Positions 18,999 to 27,820 of a stretch of 64,000 nt of DNA are shown here, in pieces. Source of the DNA: Candidatus Thorarchaeota archaeon. GTDB lineage: Archaea > Asgardarchaeota > Thorarchaeia > Thorarchaeales > Thorarchaeaceae. The notes under the pieces are model-generated. The model was not told the origin of the DNA. It worked only from the letters and a program-made list of their open reading frames with translations, and ran no database searches. Within the stretch, counting starts at the first letter, position 1, and every line of letters begins with the position of its first letter. The position numbers and the translations under genes were made by a program. Location of the stretch: contig JBHIAE010000013.1 of the NCBI GenBank assembly GCA_046758445.1, positions 5,252 to 69,251 of the forward strand, in the 5' to 3' direction.

Positions 18999-20792
18999 CT
19001 ATCTTTCAACTTCCCGCAGCGTTAGAATGAACTTAGCACCATGACTAGGCTTTCCTTTAACACGATCTCTTACTTCAATCGTACCTCCATACTTCCTTGC
19101 CATCTGAGAAACTAGTGTAAGTCCAACCCCTCCCGAATGACCTCGACGACCGAAGATAGTTTCCTTTCTCGCACTGCTGATACCCGGGCCATCGTCTGAA
19201 ACTGAAAGCCTGTAGAATTGCCCCTCCCTGCTTCCAGATATCCAGACCTTTGGCTTCTCTCGAGGATTGTGGCGTACCGCATTCTCGAGTAAGTTCCATA
19301 GGAGCTCTCCCAGTAATGCATCAGCTCGAACGTGCACTGGCGGCTCAATGTCCTCGACAAAGACTGTGGCGCCGTAGATTCTAACTAGTACTTTCACCCT
19401 TTCTTCTAGGACGTTGGTGAGCTCCACATGCGTGGTCGGAAGACGCCTGAACTCTCCAGCACGCTTTACTTTGGTGATTAGTCTGTTACATCTCTCCACT
19501 GCATCAAGAATGTCGCCTTGTGCTTCTTGAAGGTAGCTTCGTGGGACGTCCCTATCTAGCAGACCAGCAGCCGTGATGATTACTTGGAGTTGATTGGCTA
19601 TGTCGTGTGTGAGCAAATCAAGATAGAATTGGATGGTTTCCTCAGCCTCCTTCTGAGCTGAGATCTCAGTGATTACTCCGAATGTTCCCAAGAAACGACC
19701 ATCATTGTCCTCCAAGGGCGTGGCCGAGATTATTGTCGGCACTACCTCGCCATTCTTGTTCAGCCACTCAAGCTCATACCGGGCAGCCATGCCGCTCCTT
19801 CGTTCGTCAATCTTCGTCTGGACCCATTCATAGTCCTTGTCTTTTGTGAACTCGTGCCAGGGCCTACCGACCACCTCATCCTGAGTTCGGCCTAGCATCT
19901 CGCAGAATGCTTCATTTGCATAGACAAGGTTCCCGTTTTCGTCATCAATGGCCAGGCCGTCGTTCATGGTTTCAACCAGTACTCGGTAGCGCTCTTCTGT
20001 TTCTTCAAGTGCCTTTTGTTCTCTCCTTCTTTCAGTGATGTCGAGAATGTGCACAATGGTCTTCTTTGAGCCGTCTCCAGCCGTAGCCATGGAAACACGT
20101 GCCTCGACTGTAATAGAACGTCCGTCTTTGAGCGTTAGCTCAACGAGATAGACATCAGGAACTGCTTCACCCTCTCTTCGCAGAGCATAGCGTTTGCCAG
20201 TGGATTCAGCTAGGTCTTCGTCAACAAATCGCCTGAAATCCTGCCCGATGAAGTCCTCCTTGACACCCCCAATGAGTTCCACAGTCCGATCATTGACGTA
20301 CTCAATCTTGTATTCATCGCCGACAATCGCTATTGCATCGTGAGAGTTCTCGATGATCGTCCTTAGAACTGCATCACTGAAGGGAAATCTCGTACTGATC
20401 AGCCCAGTGAAGCTCACATCGGTTGCAAACACACGAATTCGCTGAGATTTCCCTTTCTTGCCCTTGAGTACGATTCGCAGGTCAGCGTCAATCGTCCTGC
20501 CAGTTTTAGCTTGAAGTGACACTGACACCACAATGGACTCATCAGGCGTGGTCAGGGCAGCAACTGCTTCACGGAAGCGCTTCCTTTGCTCAGTAGCAAC
20601 AAAAGATTCTAGCGAGGTGGTGCGTACGGACTTCTTGTCTTCGACTGCTAGCAGATTCCTAGCATACTTGTTCATGTACACAAGCTTGTAATCCATCTTG
20701 GCCTCGAATACTGCAAGCGGGAGCTCATCTGAGAACGCTCTGAACTCACGAGCTCCAGTCGCGCTGTGCTTCCGTTTTGCACGCTTGCTCAT
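18999..20792 (-). CDS. Multi-PAS sensor histidine kinase
   Basis: 597 aa; several PAS-like repeats; H-box LTHDIANQLQ; HATPase_c motifs (LLENAVRHN..., SDDGPGI, GGVGLGL-like). Confidence 0.8.
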   Translation of the reverse strand: MSKRAKRKHSATGAREFRAFSDELPLAVFEAKMDYKLVYMNKYARNLLAVEDKKSVRTTSLESFVATEQRKRFREAVAALTTPDESIVVSVSLQAKTGRTIDADLRIVLKGKKGKSQRIRVFATDVSFTGLISTRFPFSDAVLRTIIENSHDAIAIVGDEYKIEYVNDRTVELIGGVKEDFIGQDFRRFVDEDLAESTGKRYALRREGEAVPDVYLVELTLKDGRSITVEARVSMATAGDGSKKTIVHILDITERRREQKALEETEERYRVLVETMNDGLAIDDENGNLVYANEAFCEMLGRTQDEVVGRPWHEFTKDKDYEWVQTKIDERRSGMAARYELEWLNKNGEVVPTIISATPLEDNDGRFLGTFGVITEISAQKEAEETIQFYLDLLTHDIANQLQVIITAAGLLDRDVPRSYLQEAQGDILDAVERCNRLITKVKRAGEFRRLPTTHVELTNVLEERVKVLVRIYGATVFVEDIEPPVHVRADALLGELLWNLLENAVRHNPREKPKVWISGSREGQFYRLSVSDDGPGISSARKETIFGRRGHSGGVGLTLVSQMARKYGGTIEVRDRVKGKPSHGAKFILTLREVER

Positions 20793-20886
20793 ACGAATCT
20801 GGACTCCAGTCCTCTAGGCCAAAGTAGATGATGACGGGAGAATTAAAGGTCATTGTATTATAAGCCTAGTTCGGCTATAGATGCCA

Positions 20887-22269
20887 TTACTGGGTTATAG
20901 TAGAGGGGTAGCCATACTTCCTCCACAGCGTCCCGGGTTCTCTCTGTTTTCCGTAACCAAGAAGGTCATCGAACATAAGGATGACTCGATTCATCCACGG
21001 AAATCGGCGGACAATCCAAAGAATGCTTCTATGGAGAAGTCCGTCCTTCTTGTTGTAGGGGCAAGATCTTATGCAGTTTGAACAATCACTGCCATTGTCC
21101 ATCCAGAAACCATAGCAGGTTTCGGGATTGACATACCACTTCTTGACGCCCTGATTATTCGAGATTGTTTCGCCATTCCAACTCCGAGCGCGACCCTTAG
21201 GAATGGACTTTGAAGGGCAATGGTCGGCACATTTCTCACAAGTTTCGCAGAATCGTATCACCGCTTCACAGAAGCCCTGATCGGGCCTGTCTGGCACAAG
21301 GGGCATGTTGGTCAGCACTTTCGCTATTCGGACCCTAGGGCCAAACTCCTTGGTGATGAGTATCCCGTGTCTTCCGTATTGTCCCAGACCTGCATCTATT
21401 GCCAAAGGAACACTTAGTGCAATATCATTGCCGCAAGGGATCGCACCATAGCCCAACCTCCTGATGAAGGCGGTGAGTTCAATCTCAGCAAATGCCATCA
21501 TCGAATAGCCAACAGCGACTGCTGCCGATGCAGGAAAGGCAGGCGATGTGGAGATGCCCTCATAGTCAAGCTCGACGGCCATGACAATTGCTCTAGTGTA
21601 AGTGTCTGGAATGCTGTACGACATCCCCTTCCTGTCGGCCGTGTAGAGCCAATTGGGGTCCAGCGCGGCGACACCCACCAGGCTAGCCCCATATAACCTA
21701 GCGGCCCTCTTGGTCGCCAGTGTCAAATCCTCAGGGTTAGAACCAACAGTTGGAGTCCCACCTATTCTCTGACTAGCATCATTGAGCAAAGGACCTGTCA
21801 CGGACTGTCGGTTATCATAAAGCTCCCAACCAGCACCTGCAATCTCACGCTCAAGCCTTCCATAACCCGGTATGCGTTTAGCAATCATTGCTTCAGAACC
21901 ATACCACTCGTCCTTCCCAAAGTGCTCAAATGTTGAATCATTGTGCACGCGCGCAAAAACCATGTCCTTCTCAGAGAAGCGGCTGTACGACTCAGAAACC
22001 TCGTATGGGCGACTGTAGGCGAGATCTTTCCGAGCGGCCTGAACTGTTCTCGTGTATTCCAAAGATTCCTCTTTGCAAACAGTGGTGATTGCACCGAAGG
22101 GACAAGCCCGGATGCATGATAGGCAGTCTGTGCACCCGCTTACGATTATGGGGAACTTAGCATTGTCAGGAAATGTGAGTGGCGAATCCTCTCCGTGTAT
22201 CTCGATACATGCTTCAACGCACTCTTTGTCGCATCGGCTTGGTCTGCAGAGGTCCTCTAGTATCCGCAT
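20887..22269 (-). CDS. Reductive dehalogenase/epoxyqueuosine-reductase superfamily Fe-S protein with extra N-terminal ferredoxin-like domain; cytoplasmic (no TAT signal)
   Basis: C-terminal CEAVIRFCETCEKCADHCP and CSNCIRSCP (CxxCxxCxxxCP + CxxCxxxCP) as in RdhA/QueG; core GYGAIPCGNDIALSVPLAIDAGLGQYGRHGILITKEFGPRVRI resembles RdhA; N-terminal CTDCLSCIRACP. Confidence 0.6.
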   Translation of the reverse strand: MRILEDLCRPSRCDKECVEACIEIHGEDSPLTFPDNAKFPIIVSGCTDCLSCIRACPFGAITTVCKEESLEYTRTVQAARKDLAYSRPYEVSESYSRFSEKDMVFARVHNDSTFEHFGKDEWYGSEAMIAKRIPGYGRLEREIAGAGWELYDNRQSVTGPLLNDASQRIGGTPTVGSNPEDLTLATKRAARLYGASLVGVAALDPNWLYTADRKGMSYSIPDTYTRAIVMAVELDYEGISTSPAFPASAAVAVGYSMMAFAEIELTAFIRRLGYGAIPCGNDIALSVPLAIDAGLGQYGRHGILITKEFGPRVRIAKVLTNMPLVPDRPDQGFCEAVIRFCETCEKCADHCPSKSIPKGRARSWNGETISNNQGVKKWYVNPETCYGFWMDNGSDCSNCIRSCPYNKKDGLLHRSILWIVRRFPWMNRVILMFDDLLGYGKQREPGTLWRKYGYPSTITQ

Positions 22270-22428
22270 GCATTCACTCTCAGGAGTCTGCTGAGTATCG
22301 TAGATTGCGTCATTAAACAGTTCCTATGTGAACAGGTCACCATGTGCTGGCTAGGCAAAGATTATTGTGTTGCTTGAATCTGGAACCTCTCCTAGAACTC
22401 AATTCCGGTTGACTTCACAGTCTTAGGG

Positions 22429-23343
22429 ATGATGCGTATGATGCCATACACCTCAGAGCAAAGAACCCTAGATATTGGAGGAGTAAAGGTCGGAGGAAGA
22501 CCAGGACTCATACCGACAGTCATGGTCGGGTCAATCTTCTATTCAAAGGACAAGCTTGTTGTCAATGAGAAGTCGGGTAGTATAGACAAGCAGAAGACTG
22601 AGGCAATGCTTGAGCAACTTGCAGAAGTATCGGAGAAAACCGGACTTCCGAGTATGTTAGACGTAGTTGCAGTCACGCCCGAAGCAATTGACAACTACCT
22701 TCGAATCCTAGCTGACTTGACAGATATGCCCTTGCTCATTGATGGATCTGGTTCAAGTGAGGTAAACTCAGCCGGACTGGCTACTGCACGAAACGCGGGA
22801 TTTCTTGATAGGGTCGTCCTAAACTCACTGACTCCTGAAGATGGAGATGATATCTACAATGCGATCCAGGATACCGGGGCCCGGAGTGCAGTCATCCTGA
22901 CATTCTCGAGTGTAGCGATGGCGTCAGCAACAAAGAGAAGTGAGATTGCCGACAGCCTTTTGCAGAAGGCAGAACGTGCAGGGATCACAAACATCTTGTT
23001 TGATACCGGAGTTGTAGACCTCTTGACACTTGGCTTGGCATGCAGAGCACTTGTTTCGATTAAGGAACATCATGGATTACCGGTTGGATGCGGAGCTCAC
23101 AATGCGGTCGCAATGTGGAATGGCCTTGTTTCCAAATTCGGAAGGAAAGCCAAGGAGCCTGCGTTCGTTGGCTCGAGCTTGATGCCAGTTGTACTTGGGG
23201 CTGATTTCGTGCTCTATGGCCCCATTAAGCATGCCCCAATCACTTTCCCTTCGATTGCTATGATAGACGTGGCGCTCTCTGGAGCACTCCTTGAGGACCG
23301 ACTGCGGCCCGAACGTCCTCATCCCAGATACCTGATTGGATAG
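22429..23343 (+). CDS. MtrH-family methyltransferase (methyl-corrinoid:tetrahydromethanopterin/tetrahydrofolate methyltransferase, pterin-binding TIM barrel)
   Basis: LDIGGVKVGGRPGLIPTVMVGSIFY...MLDVVAVTPEAIDNYL...PLLIDGSGSSEV closely parallels MtrH N-terminus (recollection). Confidence 0.7.
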   Translation: MMRMMPYTSEQRTLDIGGVKVGGRPGLIPTVMVGSIFYSKDKLVVNEKSGSIDKQKTEAMLEQLAEVSEKTGLPSMLDVVAVTPEAIDNYLRILADLTDMPLLIDGSGSSEVNSAGLATARNAGFLDRVVLNSLTPEDGDDIYNAIQDTGARSAVILTFSSVAMASATKRSEIADSLLQKAERAGITNILFDTGVVDLLTLGLACRALVSIKEHHGLPVGCGAHNAVAMWNGLVSKFGRKAKEPAFVGSSLMPVVLGADFVLYGPIKHAPITFPSIAMIDVALSGALLEDRLRPERPHPRYLIG

Positions 23344-23352
23344 GCGAAAATC

Positions 23353-24978
23353 TTGAGCGAATGCATCCTCGTGTTTGAGCCATCTGGACTGAGAATCTCG
23401 GTAGAAGAAACGATCTCAGTCCTAGACGCGGCTCGCAACCTGGGCCTCCACATCTCCTCTGAATGCGGCGGTCGAGGTACATGTGGAAAATGCATTGTCG
23501 CAATGCAACCAGTGCCTGCACCATCTGACAGGGACCTCCAGCATCTTTCTGAGGACGATGTTGAGAATGGATTCCGTCTTGCGTGTCAGCACTCTGTCAG
23601 CACCAATACAAGAGTTGTTGTACAACAGGCCATTGCCAAGACGAAGATCCTTGTTGAGGGTGTCACAATAGGCGAGGAGTGGGACATTGATGAGGGCCTA
23701 TCACCTGCGAAAGGTGTCGCGGTCGATCTAGGCACCACGACAATTGTAGCGTACATGATGAATCTGGCTGATGGAGTTCAAATTGGGCAAGCCGCAGCGC
23801 TGAACCCTCAAGTCAGATACGGCGAAGATGTGATGTCTCGCATTACCTATGCGACAAGAGAAGAGAATGGTGGCGTTGTACTCAAGGATGCCGCATTGAA
23901 GAAACTTGATGTGCTGCTGAGTAGTCTAGCTGATTCGGTTGGAGTCAACTTGAACGAAATCACTAGGCTTTCCATTGTCGGGAACCCTGCGATGCATCAC
24001 CTGCTTCTTGGTCTGGATGTAAGTTCTCTCGGCATGGCCCCTTACGAACCAGTCATTCTTGAATCACTCACGACAAATGGAGAAGTTCTGGGGCTTGAAA
24101 CTGCAAAGGAATCGCAAGTGTATCTTGCCCCCAACATTGCGGGATTTGTGGGCGGCGACACTGCTGCTTTCATTCTCTCACAGCGATTGGACAAGGCAGA
24201 TGACATTGTCCTAGGAATTGACATCGGCACAAATGGAGAGATCATCCTGTCTGTTCAAGGAGAGATCTCCTGCGCCTCAGCAGCTGCTGGTTCTGCCTTC
24301 GAAGGTGCGTTGACGAAACACGGCATGCGGGGACAAGAAGGAGCTATCGAGTATCTGAAGATCGAAGACCCTGGAGGCCCGCCAGAGATATTCGTCATTG
24401 GTGATGTCCCACCCAGAGGGATTTGTGGCTCAGGAATCGTGGACACTGTTGCACAACTTAGGGCAGCAAATGTGGTTGATGTCGGAGGAAGAATGCATGA
24501 AACTGCGCGGGTCGAAGAGTCTGCCGAGGGGGAACGATACTATATCGTCGTTGAAGAGGGAGAGAAAGGCTCAGAGCGTCAAATAGTGTTCACTCAGAAT
24601 GATGTGCGGCAGGTACAACTGGCGAAGGGAGCGATCCTTACAGGCGCAACGATTCTGATGGAGTCTGCTGGGATCGATGTTTCCGAAATAGACAGACTTC
24701 TGCTTGCCGGTGCCTTTGGAAACTACATCAACCCTGAGAGTGCACTCGCAATAGGCCTCCTTCCACCGGTTGGATTTGACAGAGTAGTTCCAGTAGGCAA
24801 TGCAGCTGGCGAAGGGGCCAAGAAGATGCTACTTTCATCAAAGATGAGAGCACTAATTGAGCAAATTGTGTCCGACGTCAATTACTTGGAGCTCGCTACC
24901 CAGGATAGCTTCTCGAAAGTCTTCGCCATGTCGACTCTCCTCTCAAGTAGTATGCCCAAGCGACGAAACAAGCGATGA
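23353..24978 (+). CDS. RamA-like reductive activator of corrinoid enzymes (2Fe-2S ferredoxin + ASKHA ATPase, COG3894)
   Basis: N-terminal CGGRGTCGKC...C plant-type ferredoxin motif followed by ~450-aa ASKHA-like domain; 10 nt after MtrH-like gene. Confidence 0.7.
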   Translation: MSECILVFEPSGLRISVEETISVLDAARNLGLHISSECGGRGTCGKCIVAMQPVPAPSDRDLQHLSEDDVENGFRLACQHSVSTNTRVVVQQAIAKTKILVEGVTIGEEWDIDEGLSPAKGVAVDLGTTTIVAYMMNLADGVQIGQAAALNPQVRYGEDVMSRITYATREENGGVVLKDAALKKLDVLLSSLADSVGVNLNEITRLSIVGNPAMHHLLLGLDVSSLGMAPYEPVILESLTTNGEVLGLETAKESQVYLAPNIAGFVGGDTAAFILSQRLDKADDIVLGIDIGTNGEIILSVQGEISCASAAAGSAFEGALTKHGMRGQEGAIEYLKIEDPGGPPEIFVIGDVPPRGICGSGIVDTVAQLRAANVVDVGGRMHETARVEESAEGERYYIVVEEGEKGSERQIVFTQNDVRQVQLAKGAILTGATILMESAGIDVSEIDRLLLAGAFGNYINPESALAIGLLPPVGFDRVVPVGNAAGEGAKKMLLSSKMRALIEQIVSDVNYLELATQDSFSKVFAMSTLLSSSMPKRRNKR

Positions 24979-24988
24979 AGAAACATAT

Positions 24989-25735
24989 ATGCCACGTGGA
25001 TTGAAACATGGCACGGTCGCAAGGCGAACAATCTTCGCCGCTGGCATTAACGACAAATCGAGGCTTGAGCAAAGAAGACAGTGGTGCAAACGAATGAATG
25101 AACTTACAGAGGCATTGGTTGAACTCGAAGAGAAGAGAGTGCGCAGCCTTGTTGAAAAGCAAATCTTGGAAGGCAGAAACCCTCTGGTGATACTTGAGGA
25201 TCTGAAGACAGGAATGGACATAGTTGGTCAGAGATTCTCTGACAATGAGTACTTCCTCGTTGAGCTGGTTATGTCGGCTGACGTCTTCAACCAGGCCTTG
25301 GAAATTCTTGAGCCAAAGCTCCTAGAAACGCAGCCAGTTGCTGAGAAAGGCAAGGTTGTCATTGGGACTGTGAAAGGAGACATTCACTACATTGGCAAGA
25401 ACCTGGTTGTGGCCTTTCTGAAGTCAAATGGGTTCGAAGTCCATGACCTTGGAGAGGACGTGGCACCCGACATCTTTGTTGAGAAACTCAAAGCCACTGG
25501 AGCACCAGTTCTGGGTCTGAGTGGGCTCATCACTACGACGCACGACGTCATGAGGGAAACCATCGAAACCCTTCAAGCAGCAGGTTTCAGGGGAAAAGTC
25601 AAAGTGATGATTGGGGGTTGTGATGTCAATCAAGAGGTAGTTGATTACACTGGTGCTGATGGATTTGGAGCAGATGCTGTAAGCGCGGTGAGTCTTGTAA
25701 GAAAGTTCCTTGCCGAGTTGGGTCAAGAGTCCTGA
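24989..25735 (+). CDS. Corrinoid (B12-binding) protein of methyltransferase systems
   Basis: B12-binding motif GTVKGDIHYIGKNLV (D-x-H-x-x-G) plus N-terminal helical cap; longest ORF starts 24857 inside RamA gene, trimmed to ATG 24989 just after RamA stop; ATG 25094 also possible. Confidence 0.7.
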   Translation: MPRGLKHGTVARRTIFAAGINDKSRLEQRRQWCKRMNELTEALVELEEKRVRSLVEKQILEGRNPLVILEDLKTGMDIVGQRFSDNEYFLVELVMSADVFNQALEILEPKLLETQPVAEKGKVVIGTVKGDIHYIGKNLVVAFLKSNGFEVHDLGEDVAPDIFVEKLKATGAPVLGLSGLITTTHDVMRETIETLQAAGFRGKVKVMIGGCDVNQEVVDYTGADGFGADAVSAVSLVRKFLAELGQES

Positions 25736-25763
25736 TGTGTGAATCAACGCTGATCTGGAGAAC

Positions 25764-26654
25764 ATGGTGATTCGTTTGACCCTGCGAAAGGGAAAGAAAC
25801 CTCTCAACATCAGTCATGATAGGACATGTGACTGTGATCCCAACCATATCAACTGCTTGACAGCAAAAGAATGGCTACAGCACCAGATTGCTGTTTGGGA
25901 GTTCTACTATGAGAAGCGAGATATACGTGATAAGAAGGTACACCCTGCAGTGTTCCCAATAGCGCTACCAACAAAATGCATTAGACTCTTCTCACATCGA
26001 GGGGAGCTTATCCTAGATCCTTTCGTCGGATCAGGAACAACGCTTGTGGCTGCTCAAGACCTCGGGCGAAACGCAGTTGGCTTTGATCTCAAGGAAGAAT
26101 ACGTACACATATCCAATGAAAGGATTGAAGCAGATGGAACTCAGAAGACTCTACAGATGGCAATCTGCGATGATGCACACAGTATTCCAGAGTACCTGGA
26201 GAACCAGACTGTTGCTCTAGTGGTAACGTCTCCTCCGTACGCCAACCTCCTGAATCGCAAACGTCGTAACAAGAGTAGACGCGGGGACCTTCGCAATGAT
26301 GAACACTATCTGACCGTTCAGCAGTATTCTGATGATCCGAGGGACCTCGGTACCATGAATGTCCATGCTTACGCTGAAACGCTAGGTCGGATCTTCAAGG
26401 GGATTCTTCCTCTGCTGAAACGAAGGGGCCACTGTGTCATCAATATCAGTGATTATTGGTGGGAGAACAAGCGAGTACCCGCCCACCTACATGTGATTGA
26501 GGCGATGCAAGAAGTCGGGTACGAACTCCGAAACACCATAGTCTGGGACAGACGCAACTTGGTGAACAAGGCAGGGATATTTGGTTGGCCTTCAAACTAC
26601 ATTACACTGACTACGACCTTTGAGTACCTCCTTCATTTCTGGAAACCGAAATAG
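25764..26654 (+). CDS. N6-adenine/N4-cytosine DNA methyltransferase (PF01555-like)
   Basis: Motif I ILDPFVGSGTT (res ~85) precedes motif IV VVTSPPY (res ~155); orphan (no adjacent nuclease). Confidence 0.75.
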   Translation: MVIRLTLRKGKKPLNISHDRTCDCDPNHINCLTAKEWLQHQIAVWEFYYEKRDIRDKKVHPAVFPIALPTKCIRLFSHRGELILDPFVGSGTTLVAAQDLGRNAVGFDLKEEYVHISNERIEADGTQKTLQMAICDDAHSIPEYLENQTVALVVTSPPYANLLNRKRRNKSRRGDLRNDEHYLTVQQYSDDPRDLGTMNVHAYAETLGRIFKGILPLLKRRGHCVINISDYWWENKRVPAHLHVIEAMQEVGYELRNTIVWDRRNLVNKAGIFGWPSNYITLTTTFEYLLHFWKPK

Positions 26655-26672
26655 CGGCCGGGGCTAGTCTAG

Positions 26673-27752
26673 TTACAACCCCAGAATTGGGAAGACGAGA
26701 TCCTTCACTCTCTGCACATTTCTTCTCACGATGCTCCACGTTTCCTCATCATCTTCAAAGGGCGGGCTTTGAGGTGGTGGTTTATAGTCATGTCCAGAGA
26801 TCACAGACATGACCGTTCCCATGCCCCAGAGGAACGAATCGCGATGATATCCGCCACCTGAAAGGACAGCCATCTGGCCTTTAGCCCATGTATGAGCCGC
26901 CTCGTGAATACGTTCCGTCACGTAGCGTATCATGTCTGTTGTGAGCGTCAGGTGTGCGAGGCGATCCATGTAGTGGGCGTCGAAACCAGGGAGGAAGATT
27001 ACGAATTCCGGTCTAAAGAAGTCAATAAGAGAAGGAACAATCTCGTCGAACGCATGTCGGTATACAGCGTCACCAGAGTCCATTGGAAAGTGCATGTTCA
27101 CGTTGTAACCAAGTCCAGGGCCATCGCCGATGTCCTCGATAAAACCATCATGAGGATACATCCATTCTGGGTCTTCATGAAAGGAGATCTGCATTACCTC
27201 CGGGTCATTGTAGAAGTAGACCTGAGTCCCATTACCGTGATGAACGTCGAAATCGGCAATCAGTATTCGTCGAAACCCTCTGTTCTTCAGATGATATACT
27301 GAGGCTGCAACATCATTGAAGATGCAGAAACCTCCGCCCCGTTTGAAGCTAGCATGATGAAACCCTCCAGTTGGAGAGATCACGTGATTGACTTCTCCGT
27401 TGACAATTGCCTTTACACCTGTCACTGTCGCGCCACTGGTGATTCTCGCATTGTCATAGATTCCCTCGAATCCCGGCGTGTCAATATCGATGTCCCCCAT
27501 GCCACTCCTAGAAATCTCTCTCACCATGTTCAAGTATTCCTGAGAATGAGTCTTGTCGAGAAGTGGCAACACCAAGGGCTCAGGTGTGATTATCTTCACG
27601 TTCGGTTGCGCGAGGAATCGGACCTCTTCCAGAAACTGCTTCACCATCAGGAACCGGCCAACACGGATAGGATGCTTTGTGCCAAAGTCGAATGTTTCAA
27701 GGTCCTCGCTCCACAGGAATCCGGTGTCGCAGCCAGTCATGGAAGCACTCAT
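26673..27752 (-). CDS. Histone deacetylase-family enzyme (acetoin-utilisation/acetylpolyamine amidohydrolase-like)
   Basis: DFDVHHGNGTQ zinc/active-site motif and overall HDAC class layout; 359 aa. Confidence 0.8.
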   Translation of the reverse strand: MSASMTGCDTGFLWSEDLETFDFGTKHPIRVGRFLMVKQFLEEVRFLAQPNVKIITPEPLVLPLLDKTHSQEYLNMVREISRSGMGDIDIDTPGFEGIYDNARITSGATVTGVKAIVNGEVNHVISPTGGFHHASFKRGGGFCIFNDVAASVYHLKNRGFRRILIADFDVHHGNGTQVYFYNDPEVMQISFHEDPEWMYPHDGFIEDIGDGPGLGYNVNMHFPMDSGDAVYRHAFDEIVPSLIDFFRPEFVIFLPGFDAHYMDRLAHLTLTTDMIRYVTERIHEAAHTWAKGQMAVLSGGGYHRDSFLWGMGTVMSVISGHDYKPPPQSPPFEDDEETWSIVRRNVQRVKDLVFPILGL

Positions 27753-27820
27753 TATGACGTTGCTTCCAGCACATGCTTATATGCTTACATGAGTAAAGCC
27801 AACAAGGTGCTTGGTCGAAC

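Noticed and set aside
21888-22294. Overlapping small ORFs on both strands around the 5' end of the RdhA-like gene
   Set aside because: Contained within the 460-aa Fe-S protein ORF, whose Cys motifs are frame-specific.
24857-24988. N-terminal 44-codon extension of the corrinoid-protein ORF overlapping the end of the RamA-like gene
   Set aside because: The extension is Ser/Pro-rich with no B12-cap homology and overlaps the upstream gene in another frame. ATG 24989 immediately after the RamA stop gives a normal-length corrinoid protein.
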